This document shows positions 1 through 8,674 of a DNA stretch of 20,675 nucleotides, piece after piece (the stretch's first letter is position 1; the number at the start of each line of letters is the position of its first letter). The position numbers and the translations under genes were made by a program. The stretch spans positions 1 to 20,675 of the forward strand of contig JAWAJB010000012.1 of the NCBI GenBank assembly GCA_038888155.1. The letters are read 5' to 3'. This stretch comes from Desulfurococcaceae archaeon (GTDB lineage: Archaea > Thermoproteota > Thermoprotei_A > Sulfolobales > Desulfurococcaceae). Under the pieces are notes generated by a model that saw only the letters and a list, made by a program, of their open reading frames with translations, had not been told where the DNA came from and did not search any database.

Positions 1-298
1 GGCCGAGCTCTCCCGACCTCCTAAGCTCCTGGATCAGGGATTTCGTCGACCTCTTGTGAGCGGTCTTATCCGGCGAGGAGATGTTCGGGAGATAAGGCAT
101 GTGCGCGACGGCCACTTTGAACCCATTCTCCTCGAGCTTCCTCCTAAATTCCTCAATCTCCTTCTTCGTGAGGGGCTTAGCCTCCCAGCCCCTTGGATTC
201 CTCGTGAAGATCTGGAAGGTCGTGCACCCGAGCTCAACAGCCCTGTCAACGGCCTTATCGATGGATCCCGAGATCGAGACATGAGCTCCCAGAAGCAT
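1..298 (-). CDS. nfo: Endonuclease IV (AP endonuclease family 2), N-terminal 99 codons; runs off the window
   Basis: Not in the ORF track. Manual translation from ATG 298: MLLGAHVSISGSIDKAVDRAVELGCTTFQIFTRNPRGW...VAHMPYLPNISSP. It carries the GAHVS, FQIFTxNPRxW and HxPYLxN motifs typical of Nfo. Confidence 0.95.
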   Translation of the reverse strand, partial: MLLGAHVSISGSIDKAVDRAVELGCTTFQIFTRNPRGWEAKPLTKKEIEEFRRKLEENGFKVAVAHMPYLPNISSPDKTAHKRSTKSLIQELRRSGELG

Positions 299-321
299 CT
301 ACTAGGAGGACCCTAATCCAG

Positions 322-333
322 CCTTAAATCTTT
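322..333 (-). promoter_or_regulatory. Putative BRE-TATA for nfo
   Basis: Minus strand AAAGATTTAAGG; TTTAAG ends 24 nt before the nfo ATG, a spacing that fits a leaderless transcript. Confidence 0.5.
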
Positions 334-345
334 ACGAATGCGCTT

Positions 346-564
346 TTAATCGGCCTCGGAAGCCCTCTTGAACCCCATGCTGCCGCCCCGCTTCAGCCTC
401 AGGAGAAACTCTCTAGCCTTCTCCAAGTCCGCGCTCGAGAAGAGTATTGAGTCCGGCTCAAGAGCCCAGGAGACCCCGCAGCCGAAGCACCTCACAGACC
501 TCGACGCCGCCGTCAACTGGAGAAAGCCGCATTTAGGGCACCTAACAACCTTATAGACCCTCAA
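346..564 (-). CDS. Small archaeal Zn-ribbon protein (DUF1922-like)
   Basis: 72 aa, TTG start. CPKC...CFGC pairs followed by the helical segment SSADLEKAREFLLRLK. GC-rich like nfo and co-oriented with it. Confidence 0.75.
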   Translation of the reverse strand: MRVYKVVRCPKCGFLQLTAASRSVRCFGCGVSWALEPDSILFSSADLEKAREFLLRLKRGGSMGFKRASEAD

Positions 565-818
565 TTCGTAAAATAAAGGGAAAAGGCTACTGATAAATTA
601 CTTACATTCATTCATTATTGTCAAATATTTGAGATTAAATCCTAGACCTTTTATGCTAGAGAACGGTGCCTCATATTTTCAGCAGAAAATAAGCATAAGC
701 AACTATATCATCATTAACAAATGATATGACACTAAATACCAACACATCAATTGATTTTTATCTTAAACCCTCCTGCCATGATGATATCTTTATTAAGGAG
801 TCTATTTTTATGTCAAAC

Positions 819-1502
819 ATGGTTGAATTCATATTTATGCTAACTCACCGTGATATAACTATACCAAATGCTCTAGAAGTATTTGAAGAGATTAAGGATA
901 CAGGATTAAAATTTATTGGCTGTAAAGACATAGGCCTATCGTTAGATAAAATGAAAGAATTATTTAGCAGAATGCAAAAAGCCGACATAACCACTTTTTT
1001 AGAAGTGGTAACATATAGTGAAGAAGAACATTTTAGAGGTGTTGATATAGCAATGACTGTTAAAGCGGACTACTTAATTGGTGGAATGCCATGGTTCTTT
1101 GAAAAGACGAAGCAATATCTTCAGGAAAGAAAAGCAGATATAAAGTATTTTCCATATATTGGCAAGATAGAAGATCACCCATGCGTACTAAAGGGAAGTT
1201 TAAATGAAATAATCGAAAATGGATTGAAATTCGAAGAAAAAGGTGTAGATGGGATAAACTTGCTCTTATATCGCTATTTAGGGGATCAGGATAAGCTATT
1301 AGATATAGTTACAGAGAGATTACACGTCCCATTAATAGTTGCAGGATCTATAGATAACTTTCAGAAAATAGAAAAGTTGAAAAAGAAAAACAAAAATATA
1401 TGGGCATTTACAGTCGGAGGAGCGATTTTCGAGAAAAAATTTATAAAAGATGGAGCAGTGAGAGATCAAGTAATCTCCATATTGGATTACATCAAGAAAT
1501 GA
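819..1502 (+). CDS. Uncharacterised ribulose-phosphate-binding-type TIM barrel protein, paralogue 1
   Basis: Start moved to MVEFIFMLT (ATG 819) because it aligns with the paralogue N-terminus and TTTATTAA lies at 789-796. Alternating beta/alpha pattern with C-terminal LIVAGSI...FTVGGAIF phosphate-binding-like loops. Confidence 0.75.
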   Translation: MVEFIFMLTHRDITIPNALEVFEEIKDTGLKFIGCKDIGLSLDKMKELFSRMQKADITTFLEVVTYSEEEHFRGVDIAMTVKADYLIGGMPWFFEKTKQYLQERKADIKYFPYIGKIEDHPCVLKGSLNEIIENGLKFEEKGVDGINLLLYRYLGDQDKLLDIVTERLHVPLIVAGSIDNFQKIEKLKKKNKNIWAFTVGGAIFEKKFIKDGAVRDQVISILDYIKK

Positions 1503-1577
1503 AACACAATTTTTCTGAAAGAACCTCTTTTTCCTGTACTGTTTTCGATTATTTCATTCGTTAAAAAATGCTAATCA

Positions 1578-2378
1578 TCAGCTTGGGGCTTTTAGACCTG
1601 AAATAAAGTTTGTCACAAGTTGAAGAACTACCTCTGGAGCTTCTGAATGTGGTACGTGTCCAGCTCCCTCGATAAGAATGAATTTACTCATTGTTATTAG
1701 TTTACTCAATTTTATGCCGTCTTCAACAGGCGTGAGCTTATCTTCAGAGCCCCATATTATTAAGGTTGGCACCTTAACTTTCCGAAGATCATTCACATGA
1801 ATTATTTCTTTTAGCATGGAATTAAGGCAGGACATGTAAGCTCTATAGAATTTTGGATCTTTTAAAGAGTTAAGCCATTCATCCAATTCTGATTCATTCA
1901 GTTTCCCCATTTTTCCCAAGATACAGTCGAGATAAAGTTCCTTGAGGCGATTTTTATTCCATCGATCACCCATATATTGCTTAATCTTTTCAACAATAGT
2001 TTTACTTATACCGGTTGAATCAATAAGAATTAGTCCTTGTATTTTTTCTGTGCACATTAAGTACGTTTTGATTGCGATAAGAGCTCCCATAGAATGACCC
2101 ATCAAGAAAGCAGGATGGAATCCTATGCTTTTCATTAATGAACATACAATATTTGCGTAATGCTTCATTGTATAGGTTCCTGGTATTTCGTCCGATCGGC
2201 CAAAACCTGGTAAATCTAGCGCAATTACATGAAATCTTTTTGCCAGCGAATCAAATATGGGGATCCAACTTTTGATAGATCCGCCAAGCCCATGTATCAA
2301 AAGTAGCTTAGGATTTGTTATCTCACCAGCCTCCACATAGTGAATTTTTGATCCTCCTATTTGAAGAAATTTACTCAT
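1578..2378 (-). CDS. Alpha/beta-fold hydrolase (Ser-Asp-His)
   Basis: LIHGLGG oxyanion region, DLPGFGRS, GHSMG nucleophile elbow, GSEDKL acid and GAGHVPH base. BRE-TATA (GAAAAGTTTATTAA) lies about 22 nt upstream. Confidence 0.92.
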   Translation of the reverse strand: MSKFLQIGGSKIHYVEAGEITNPKLLLIHGLGGSIKSWIPIFDSLAKRFHVIALDLPGFGRSDEIPGTYTMKHYANIVCSLMKSIGFHPAFLMGHSMGALIAIKTYLMCTEKIQGLILIDSTGISKTIVEKIKQYMGDRWNKNRLKELYLDCILGKMGKLNESELDEWLNSLKDPKFYRAYMSCLNSMLKEIIHVNDLRKVKVPTLIIWGSEDKLTPVEDGIKLSKLITMSKFILIEGAGHVPHSEAPEVVLQLVTNFISGLKAPS

Positions 2379-2483
2379 AAATAAATTTAGTATTCCGTTT
2401 TAATAAACTTTTCAATTGTCCCTGCGCACGATAATGTTAAAAAAGGTAGTAACAAAAATAATGTAAATGATGCTATCAACTTT

Positions 2484-2843
2484 TTATTTTACATTCCCCT
2501 GCGCCCAAATTATCCTGGCTATTTTGTCTCCAACATTAAAAAGTTGATGCGGCTTTTTTGGCGGAATGAATATTAAATCCCCCTCATTTAATTCTTCATA
2601 AATATTTTCACCTGGGATATAACATACAACCTTTCCATCGGCAACATAGAATACTTCGCAAGCATTTTCATGTCCTGGATCAATTTCGCCTCTCTGACCA
2701 GGGTGTAATATTGAAACTCCAAATACTATGGCCTCATTCTTAATATAAAGCTTGCAGTATTCAGCTCCTTCCATGAAAGATTTTGCGTCTAAGTTACGTA
2801 TCACTTTAACAGAATTTTTAGGTGACGCATACTTATCACTCAT
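2484..2843 (-). CDS. Single-domain cupin (possible sugar or sugar-phosphate isomerase)
   Basis: Motif 1 PGQRGEIDPGHENACEVFYVADG and motif 2 GDLIFIPPKKPH. Confidence 0.88.
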   Translation of the reverse strand: MSDKYASPKNSVKVIRNLDAKSFMEGAEYCKLYIKNEAIVFGVSILHPGQRGEIDPGHENACEVFYVADGKVVCYIPGENIYEELNEGDLIFIPPKKPHQLFNVGDKIARIIWAQGNVK

Positions 2844-2852
2844 ATCTGTATT

Positions 2853-2915
2853 TTCGAGTAAAGTTAAATTAAAATATTTCTGTTTGAATAAAGTTAAAAT
2901 TAAAATATCCCTGTT
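2853..2915. repeat. Imperfect ~30-bp tandem repeat in the cupin / kinase-1 divergent promoter region
   Basis: TTCGAGTAAAGTTAAA-TTAAAATATTTCTG from 2853 versus TTTGAATAAAGTTAAAATTAAAATATCCCTG from 2883. Confidence 0.75.
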
Positions 2916-2940
2916 AATTGTTAATTCGCCAGAAATAGCG

Positions 2941-4467
2941 ATGAAAGAAAATGAATATATTCTTAGCGTTGACTCAGGAACTACGGCTACGAAAGTTGCC
3001 CTTTACGATCTAGGTGGTAATTTAATAACTTCTACTACACGAGAGTATCAGTTAACGACGCCGAAGCCATTATGGGTAGAAATCGAAATCGAAACACTTT
3101 GGAGAGAATTTGTCAATGGTGTTAAAGAAGTTATTTTAAAGAGCGGAATCGATCCCCGAAAAATCATATCCATCGGCATTTCAGCTCAAGGTGAAACTTT
3201 CGTTCCAATTTCGAAAGAGGGCAAGCCCTTAAGAAGAGCTATAGTGTGGCTCGATAGTCGCGCCGAAGAAGAGGCAAAAATTCTTGATGAAAAGTTTGAT
3301 AATGGACAAAGTTATAAAATAACAGGGCAAGTTAAATTAGTCCCTACTTGGCCGGCGGCGAAGATTTTTTGGTTAAAAAGGCATGAGAAAGATACTTTTG
3401 ATAACGCTTACAAATACTTACTTGTCGAGGACTATCTAATATGGAGAATGACAGGCGAATTCGTAGCAGAAGGTTCATTATTATGCTCAACGTGCTATTG
3501 GAATATTGTTACTAGAAAGTGGTGGGATGAGATGCTTGACTTCTTAGAATTAAGGGAGGAGCAATTACCTGAAATAAGAGAATCAGGAGAGCCTATTGGA
3601 AGGTTAAAAGATGAGATTGCAAAAGAGCTAAATTTAACACCGGATGTCATCATAGCAACAGGTGGATTAGATCAAGCCTGTGGAACAATAGGCGTAGGTA
3701 ATATACAGCCAGGAATATTTACAGAGAATATCGGTGCTGCTTTAGCAATTTGTGTTATTCAAGAGAAACTAACTTTTGATCCTAAAAAGAGAATGCCTGT
3801 ACATTATTTTGTGAAGCCGGGAACATATATGTTTCATACCTTTACCACTGGTGGTATGGCACTAAGATGGTTTAGAGATAATTTCTGCAATGAAGAAATG
3901 AATGTAGCAAAGCTTATGGCAACTAGTCCTTATGTTTTAATTGATAAGGAGGTCGAGAAAATACCTCCTGGCTCAGAGGGCTTAATAATGCTTCCGCATT
4001 TGCAAGGCGCAATGGCGCCTGAAGCAAATCCCAACGCAAAAGGAGTTTTCTTTGGAATAACATTGGCACATACTAAAGCTCATTTTGCAAGATCCATAAT
4101 GGAAGCTATAGCATGCGCTATAATGCGTAATATTGAAGTATTAGAGGACCTAGGAGTCAAAGTAGAAGAAATAAGAGCTTTAGGTGGAGGTGCTCGTTCT
4201 AAGTTATGGAATCAGATAATAGCTGATGTTACTCAAAGACCGGTGTTGATAACGAATCATGATGAGGATGCAGCGTGTATGGGGGCAGCGATGTTGGCAG
4301 GAGTGGCCGTTGGGATCTACAAGAATATAGAGGACGCTGCACGTAAAGTCGTCAAAGTGCGGGAAAAATTTGAACCAAATGAACAAAATTTTGAAGTATA
4401 TCGAAATCTTTATAAAAAATATTTAAGTCTATATACTAGCCTGTTAGAATTGTTTGAATCAAAATGA
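2941..4467 (+). CDS. FGGY-family carbohydrate kinase 1 (xylulokinase-like)
   Basis: Start at ATG 2941 (MKENEYILSVDSGTTATK). Motifs SAQGE, IVWLDSR, GGLDQ, LPHLQG and GGGARS. Confidence 0.95.
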   Translation: MKENEYILSVDSGTTATKVALYDLGGNLITSTTREYQLTTPKPLWVEIEIETLWREFVNGVKEVILKSGIDPRKIISIGISAQGETFVPISKEGKPLRRAIVWLDSRAEEEAKILDEKFDNGQSYKITGQVKLVPTWPAAKIFWLKRHEKDTFDNAYKYLLVEDYLIWRMTGEFVAEGSLLCSTCYWNIVTRKWWDEMLDFLELREEQLPEIRESGEPIGRLKDEIAKELNLTPDVIIATGGLDQACGTIGVGNIQPGIFTENIGAALAICVIQEKLTFDPKKRMPVHYFVKPGTYMFHTFTTGGMALRWFRDNFCNEEMNVAKLMATSPYVLIDKEVEKIPPGSEGLIMLPHLQGAMAPEANPNAKGVFFGITLAHTKAHFARSIMEAIACAIMRNIEVLEDLGVKVEEIRALGGGARSKLWNQIIADVTQRPVLITNHDEDAACMGAAMLAGVAVGIYKNIEDAARKVVKVREKFEPNEQNFEVYRNLYKKYLSLYTSLLELFESK

Positions 4468-4503
4468 TTATTAGTTTTTGTGATATTTCCTTCAAACTTT
4501 TTA

Positions 4504-5970
4504 TCATCCAAAGATTTTTTGAAGCCACATAAACCTCTCATATGGTTTTTTGTACTTTTTTACATTTTCCTCAACAGGGTAAGTAACGTCTGTAATTTTT
4601 ATCCAGTTATAAATTTCTTCTACATCGCTTATTGCTCCTATACCGAGTCCAGCGAGAAAAGCAGCTGCTACGGAAGCTTCTGACATTCTACTATAGTACT
4701 GGACAACATTTGCAATGTCACTCACAATTTGCCTCCAAAGACTACTTTTAGCTCCTCCTCCGCCCGCATAAATTTTCTTAGGATTTACTCCTTTACTACA
4801 TGCATCCTCAAGACCAAACCTCACTAAGTAACCATATGCCTCGAGCATGGCTCGATAAATATGATATAACGTGTGATATGTTGTTAGGCCATAAATGACT
4901 CCACAGGCGTTAGGATTAAAGTTTGGATATCGCTCCCCTCTAAAGTAGGGTAATATCACTATACCATCCGAACCTATATTTACCTCAGAAGCCTTGATGT
5001 CAAGTGTCCCATATATGTTTAGTGAATAACTATTGAACACTCTCTCTTCGTGCTTTAGAAATTCCTTAACAAACCATCTAAGTAAATCTGATGCAGTTAA
5101 GACATAGGATACTTGAAGTAGGCAATTGTCTAATGTATCGTAATTACCATTAAGTATATCAGTTAGATCCTTTTTAAGGATAATACATCGTCCTGCGGTT
5201 CCATAGTATATGAGCGCATCTCCTTCCTTTATTGCTGTAGTAGCTAACAAGTGAGTTATATCATCACCTGAACCTGCGATTACGGGAGTTCCTTCAGGAA
5301 GACCACTAACTTTAGCCGCTTCTTCGGTAATCATTCCAACAACATCAGTAGTTGAATACACTTGTGGTAAAATTTCCATTGGAATTCCTAACTCCTGTAA
5401 AATATCTGATTTCCACTGTCTTTTATAAGCATTATATATTCCGCCAAAGTAACTGGCCAAAAAATGATCTATAGAATAGCTCTTAGTTAATTTATAAACA
5501 AAATAATTCGGGGAGCTAAAAATCATTCTTGTTCTTTTAAATTTTTCAGGCTCATTTTTCATAAACCACAAAATCTTAGGTAAAACTTCTTCCGTTGTAA
5601 TGCCTAGACCATATTTTTCATTCAGATATATAGCTTCTGAGTACGATCTGTTGTCTGAGTAGAGTATCGCATTACATAGTACTTTCCCATTCTCATCTAA
5701 TGGGCACATATTTGGAAAAAGACCACTAACCCCAACAGCCTTAATGAATTTTGGGTTAACATTAGCTGAAGAAAGGGCTTCTTTGATGCACTGAATGGGG
5801 TCATGCCACCAGTGCTTTTCAGGATCCTGCTCGCTCCAACCTGGTTTAGGAGTTATTACTTCATGATATAATGTTCTTTCTGAAACTATTTTTCCGTCAA
5901 TCGTCACTATCGAGCACTTAACATTAAGCGTTCCTATATCTACGCCAAGTAAGAGTTCATTAGTTTGCAT
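4504..5970 (-). CDS. FGGY-family carbohydrate kinase 2
   Basis: Motifs LGVDIGT, EQDP, ILYSDNR, GSGDD, LPYFRGERYP and GGGAKS. SD-like GAGGGGG upstream. Confidence 0.95.
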   Translation of the reverse strand: MQTNELLLGVDIGTLNVKCSIVTIDGKIVSERTLYHEVITPKPGWSEQDPEKHWWHDPIQCIKEALSSANVNPKFIKAVGVSGLFPNMCPLDENGKVLCNAILYSDNRSYSEAIYLNEKYGLGITTEEVLPKILWFMKNEPEKFKRTRMIFSSPNYFVYKLTKSYSIDHFLASYFGGIYNAYKRQWKSDILQELGIPMEILPQVYSTTDVVGMITEEAAKVSGLPEGTPVIAGSGDDITHLLATTAIKEGDALIYYGTAGRCIILKKDLTDILNGNYDTLDNCLLQVSYVLTASDLLRWFVKEFLKHEERVFNSYSLNIYGTLDIKASEVNIGSDGIVILPYFRGERYPNFNPNACGVIYGLTTYHTLYHIYRAMLEAYGYLVRFGLEDACSKGVNPKKIYAGGGGAKSSLWRQIVSDIANVVQYYSRMSEASVAAAFLAGLGIGAISDVEEIYNWIKITDVTYPVEENVKKYKKPYERFMWLQKIFG

Positions 5971-5996
5971 TGTTGAACCCCCTCATCATTCCGTGG

Positions 5997-6026
5997 ACTT
6001 TATTTTATTTAACTTTATTTTATTTA
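5997..6026. repeat. Perfect 15-bp tandem repeat (ACTTTATTTTATTTA x2) upstream of kinase 2
   Basis: Copies at 5997-6011 and 6012-6026. On the minus strand the junction reads AATAAAGTTAAATA, which is BRE-TATA-like. Confidence 0.8.
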
Positions 6027-6051
6027 ATTCAAGATTTCTGCAAACAAGTGA

Positions 6052-6753
6052 TTAGAATCTCCTCTTAATATTCTTAACATTCTCTACCTCTGCTAAGGCA
6101 GCTTTAATTTGATCACTTAAACTTCCTTTTGGGACCAATTTTTTGGCTAGTATGGAGGTACCTCCTACTGTTAGTCCCCAAACTTCTAACTCTGCCATTT
6201 TCCTAATTCTTTCCAAGGTGTTTATCCATCCGGTTGCGATTATAGGAATATTCACTGACTCTTTTAAAGCTTTAATTAAATCTTCTGGTTTACCAGACTC
6301 ATATCTATAAGACAATACGTTCAGCCCATCTACCCCCATCTCTGCTAGTTCTTCTGCTTGCCTAACTATTTCATCAATAGTGCCTGTGAGTTTGCATGGA
6401 TGTCCGACAACTCTACCAACGTAGGGCCAGTACTTTATACCCGTTCCACTCAATAGTTTTAGGGTGTATTCTGCGAATTCCGGTTTACCACCAATAATAT
6501 GATCTACTTTCAACCGGATTCCCATTTTTACTGATTCCAGATGATCGTTTAATGTTGGTCTAACAATTTCCAAATAAGTATTCATTCCATGTATTCGGCA
6601 ACGTCTAACTAGCTCTTCGTAAACACTTTCTTCGGGGCCAAGATCCTTGAAGCCAAAATGTTTTAAGCCAGAATCTTTGACCTCCTCAAATACATCTAGC
6701 ACATTATAAACAGTTACGTCATACCATGTGGGCATGAAAATAACGTTAGTCAT
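6052..6753 (-). CDS. Uncharacterised phosphate-binding TIM barrel protein, paralogue 2
   Basis: Aligns by eye end to end with 819-1502 (VFEExKDxGLK, GxKDxG, LExV, IGG, IKYxPYxG, HPCxLxG, GVDGxNxLxYRY, WxxTVGG). SD GGAGGT lies 8 nt upstream. Confidence 0.78.
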   Translation of the reverse strand: MTNVIFMPTWYDVTVYNVLDVFEEVKDSGLKHFGFKDLGPEESVYEELVRRCRIHGMNTYLEIVRPTLNDHLESVKMGIRLKVDHIIGGKPEFAEYTLKLLSGTGIKYWPYVGRVVGHPCKLTGTIDEIVRQAEELAEMGVDGLNVLSYRYESGKPEDLIKALKESVNIPIIATGWINTLERIRKMAELEVWGLTVGGTSILAKKLVPKGSLSDQIKAALAEVENVKNIKRRF

Positions 6754-6840
6754 GTTTAATGACCTCCATATCTTACAATTGAATATTAGACAAATGGTAT
6801 TAAAATTTTATGTTTGTGAAAATTTAGGGATCACCTTTTT

Positions 6841-6880
6841 CAGGTAATATTTATTAATAACCTTAGATTAATACTACCTG
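6841..6880 (+). promoter_or_regulatory. ABC operon core promoter bracketed by a 14-bp inverted repeat
   Basis: TTTATTAATA at 6850-6859, about 24 nt before ATG 6883. Arms CAGGTAATATTTAT (6841-6854) and ATTAATACTACCTG (6867-6880) are 12/14 complementary. Confidence 0.55.
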
Positions 6881-6882
6881 CC

Positions 6883-8571
6883 ATGTCCGGATACAAGAAA
6901 AATAAAAATAATTCTAAAAATAACCTCGAGATTGACGAAATAGAACTTTCGTTGAAGAAAAAAGTGTCTCGACGCAAGGCCCTTGGTACTGCTGCAAAAC
7001 TTGCGGCTGCAGGGGTCATTGGATTAGCTGTAGGTGGAGCGGTGGGCTATTTGGCCCGTCAACCAGAAGTTATCGAGAAAGTGAAGACGGAGACGGTTAC
7101 AAGAACTGTTACTTCAACTGTGACTACTACAGTAACTACTGCATATCCTACACCGACTGAAACGGTAACTACAACTCCAGCTGCGCCATTTATCCCTACT
7201 GAATATCTGGTTAGCGAAGACGAGATAGTAAGGAGTATGAGAGAAGCTGATATAAACTGGCGCGCTTATGAAGGTGAAGAAATATATGTCTTCACTCTAA
7301 CACTTCCATGGGTTGACGCGATAAAGCCGTTAATACCAATCTTCCAACGTGAAACGGGAATAAGAGTTACCTGGGATGCTGTTTCTGAGATGGAATGGGG
7401 AGATAAAGTAAATACAGCTTTTGCCGCAGGAGCAATTCCTTATACTTCAATTTCGCTAGGACCCATTTATACTTGGCAATGGGCTGGTCCGGGATGGCTA
7501 GAACCTCTAGATGACTACTTACATAATGAAAGGTTGACAGATCCGGATTGGTTTAGGTATGATGACTTTATTCCTGCAACTACTTATGTTTCAAGATGGG
7601 ATCGAGAGACTAGACGTGAGGGAAGTGGTCCTGCATACTTTATGCCAGGTTCCAGCTTAACGAATCTCTCTTTCTATAGAAAAGATATGTTTGACAAATA
7701 TGGTTTTGATCCGAGAAAATTCTTCGATTATTGGCCAGATCTTCCAGACAATGTCGCTGAATTAAGAAAATCTCTTGAAAGAGATGGATTGTTGGGTCAA
7801 ATGTATCCAATAACTTTGAGAGGGATAAGAATTTTCATCACAACAGAAGTATTGACAACAATTATGCAAGGATGGAATTTAACTTTCTTTGATGAAGAAT
7901 GGAAGCCGCGGTTCCTTGAGCCGGATTGGATAGAAGCAATGGATATATATCTAAGAACATTTAGAGAAAGTGGACAACCAATATCTCGAATCTTTACAAC
8001 ATCCTTCTACGAAGTTGCACAAGATATTCAAGCCGGGATAAGCTTAAGTACTATTGATATAAGCCTTGATGGCCCTCTCTTTGACAATCCCGCCATATCA
8101 AAAGCTGCAGGAAAAGTGGGATGTTATTTAGTACCGAGGGGACCGAAGGGCAGGGGCTCACGAATTTGGGTGTGGGGGTTAGGTATGCCCAAGGACATTC
8201 CTCAAAGAAAGAAAGAAGCAACATGGCTCTTTATTGAGTGGGTAACAAGCCCTGTGATTACAAAAGCATGTGCTTTGTGTCCGGCAATGTCATTTGATCC
8301 TTGTAGATTTTCAACATGGGAGGATGAACGATTCAAAAAATTAGTATCAGGTCTATTGCTAGGCACATGGTATCCAAATACACTTGAAATGTATAGCAAA
8401 TACACGCATGGATCCGTGTATCCGACAATCCCCCAATTGTTAAGTATAATGGACATAATGTCCGGGCCTATGCAAGATGTCATTGCGGGTAAGCTGACAA
8501 CTGAGCAGGCGATGAAACAAATTTATGATGCTGTATATGACTTAATGAAGACAGCAGGATACTACAAATAA
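6883..8571 (+). CDS. Sugar ABC transporter (CUT1) solute-binding protein with a Tat signal / N-terminal anchor and Thr-rich linker
   Basis: VSRRKAL twin-arginine motif, hydrophobic helix, then linker TETVTRTVTSTVTTTVTT. FQRETGIRV, FYRKDMF, WVWGLGMP and ATWLFIEW are typical of family-1 binding proteins. Confidence 0.93.
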   Translation: MSGYKKNKNNSKNNLEIDEIELSLKKKVSRRKALGTAAKLAAAGVIGLAVGGAVGYLARQPEVIEKVKTETVTRTVTSTVTTTVTTAYPTPTETVTTTPAAPFIPTEYLVSEDEIVRSMREADINWRAYEGEEIYVFTLTLPWVDAIKPLIPIFQRETGIRVTWDAVSEMEWGDKVNTAFAAGAIPYTSISLGPIYTWQWAGPGWLEPLDDYLHNERLTDPDWFRYDDFIPATTYVSRWDRETRREGSGPAYFMPGSSLTNLSFYRKDMFDKYGFDPRKFFDYWPDLPDNVAELRKSLERDGLLGQMYPITLRGIRIFITTEVLTTIMQGWNLTFFDEEWKPRFLEPDWIEAMDIYLRTFRESGQPISRIFTTSFYEVAQDIQAGISLSTIDISLDGPLFDNPAISKAAGKVGCYLVPRGPKGRGSRIWVWGLGMPKDIPQRKKEATWLFIEWVTSPVITKACALCPAMSFDPCRFSTWEDERFKKLVSGLLLGTWYPNTLEMYSKYTHGSVYPTIPQLLSIMDIMSGPMQDVIAGKLTTEQAMKQIYDAVYDLMKTAGYYK

Positions 8572-8582
8572 AAACTTAGAAC

Positions 8583-8605
8583 TTTTTCTTAATACTTTCT
8601 TTTTT
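8583..8605 (+). terminator. T-rich putative intrinsic terminator or attenuator after the binding-protein gene
   Basis: TTTTTCTTAATACTTTCTTTTTT directly after the stop codon, resembling archaeal oligo-T terminators. Confidence 0.45.
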
Positions 8606-8674
8606 GAAATAAAAATTAATGTTTAAATAATGCTCCTCTTTTCAATAAATCCTGAAAAAAGGAGGGCAAGTTCG

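Noticed and set aside
34-556. ORF-track entries 34-282, 56-316, 99-284 and 368-556
   Set aside because: Shadow frames of nfo (minus strand, from 298) and the Zn-ribbon gene.
640-714. Possible C/D box sRNA on the minus strand (ATGATGA at 714-708, CTGA at 682-679)
   Set aside because: The C-to-D' spacing of 25 nt is atypical and there is no terminal CTGA D box.
565-810. Duplicated tRNA 3' end (attL/attR) or integrase remnant at the left boundary
   Set aside because: No match to GGTTCGAATCCGGGCCGGGCTACCA and no recombinase-like ORF was found.
7085-7180. Repetitive ACT/ACA/GTT-rich DNA
   Set aside because: Explained by the Thr/Val linker of the binding protein; not a DNA-level repeat or CRISPR.
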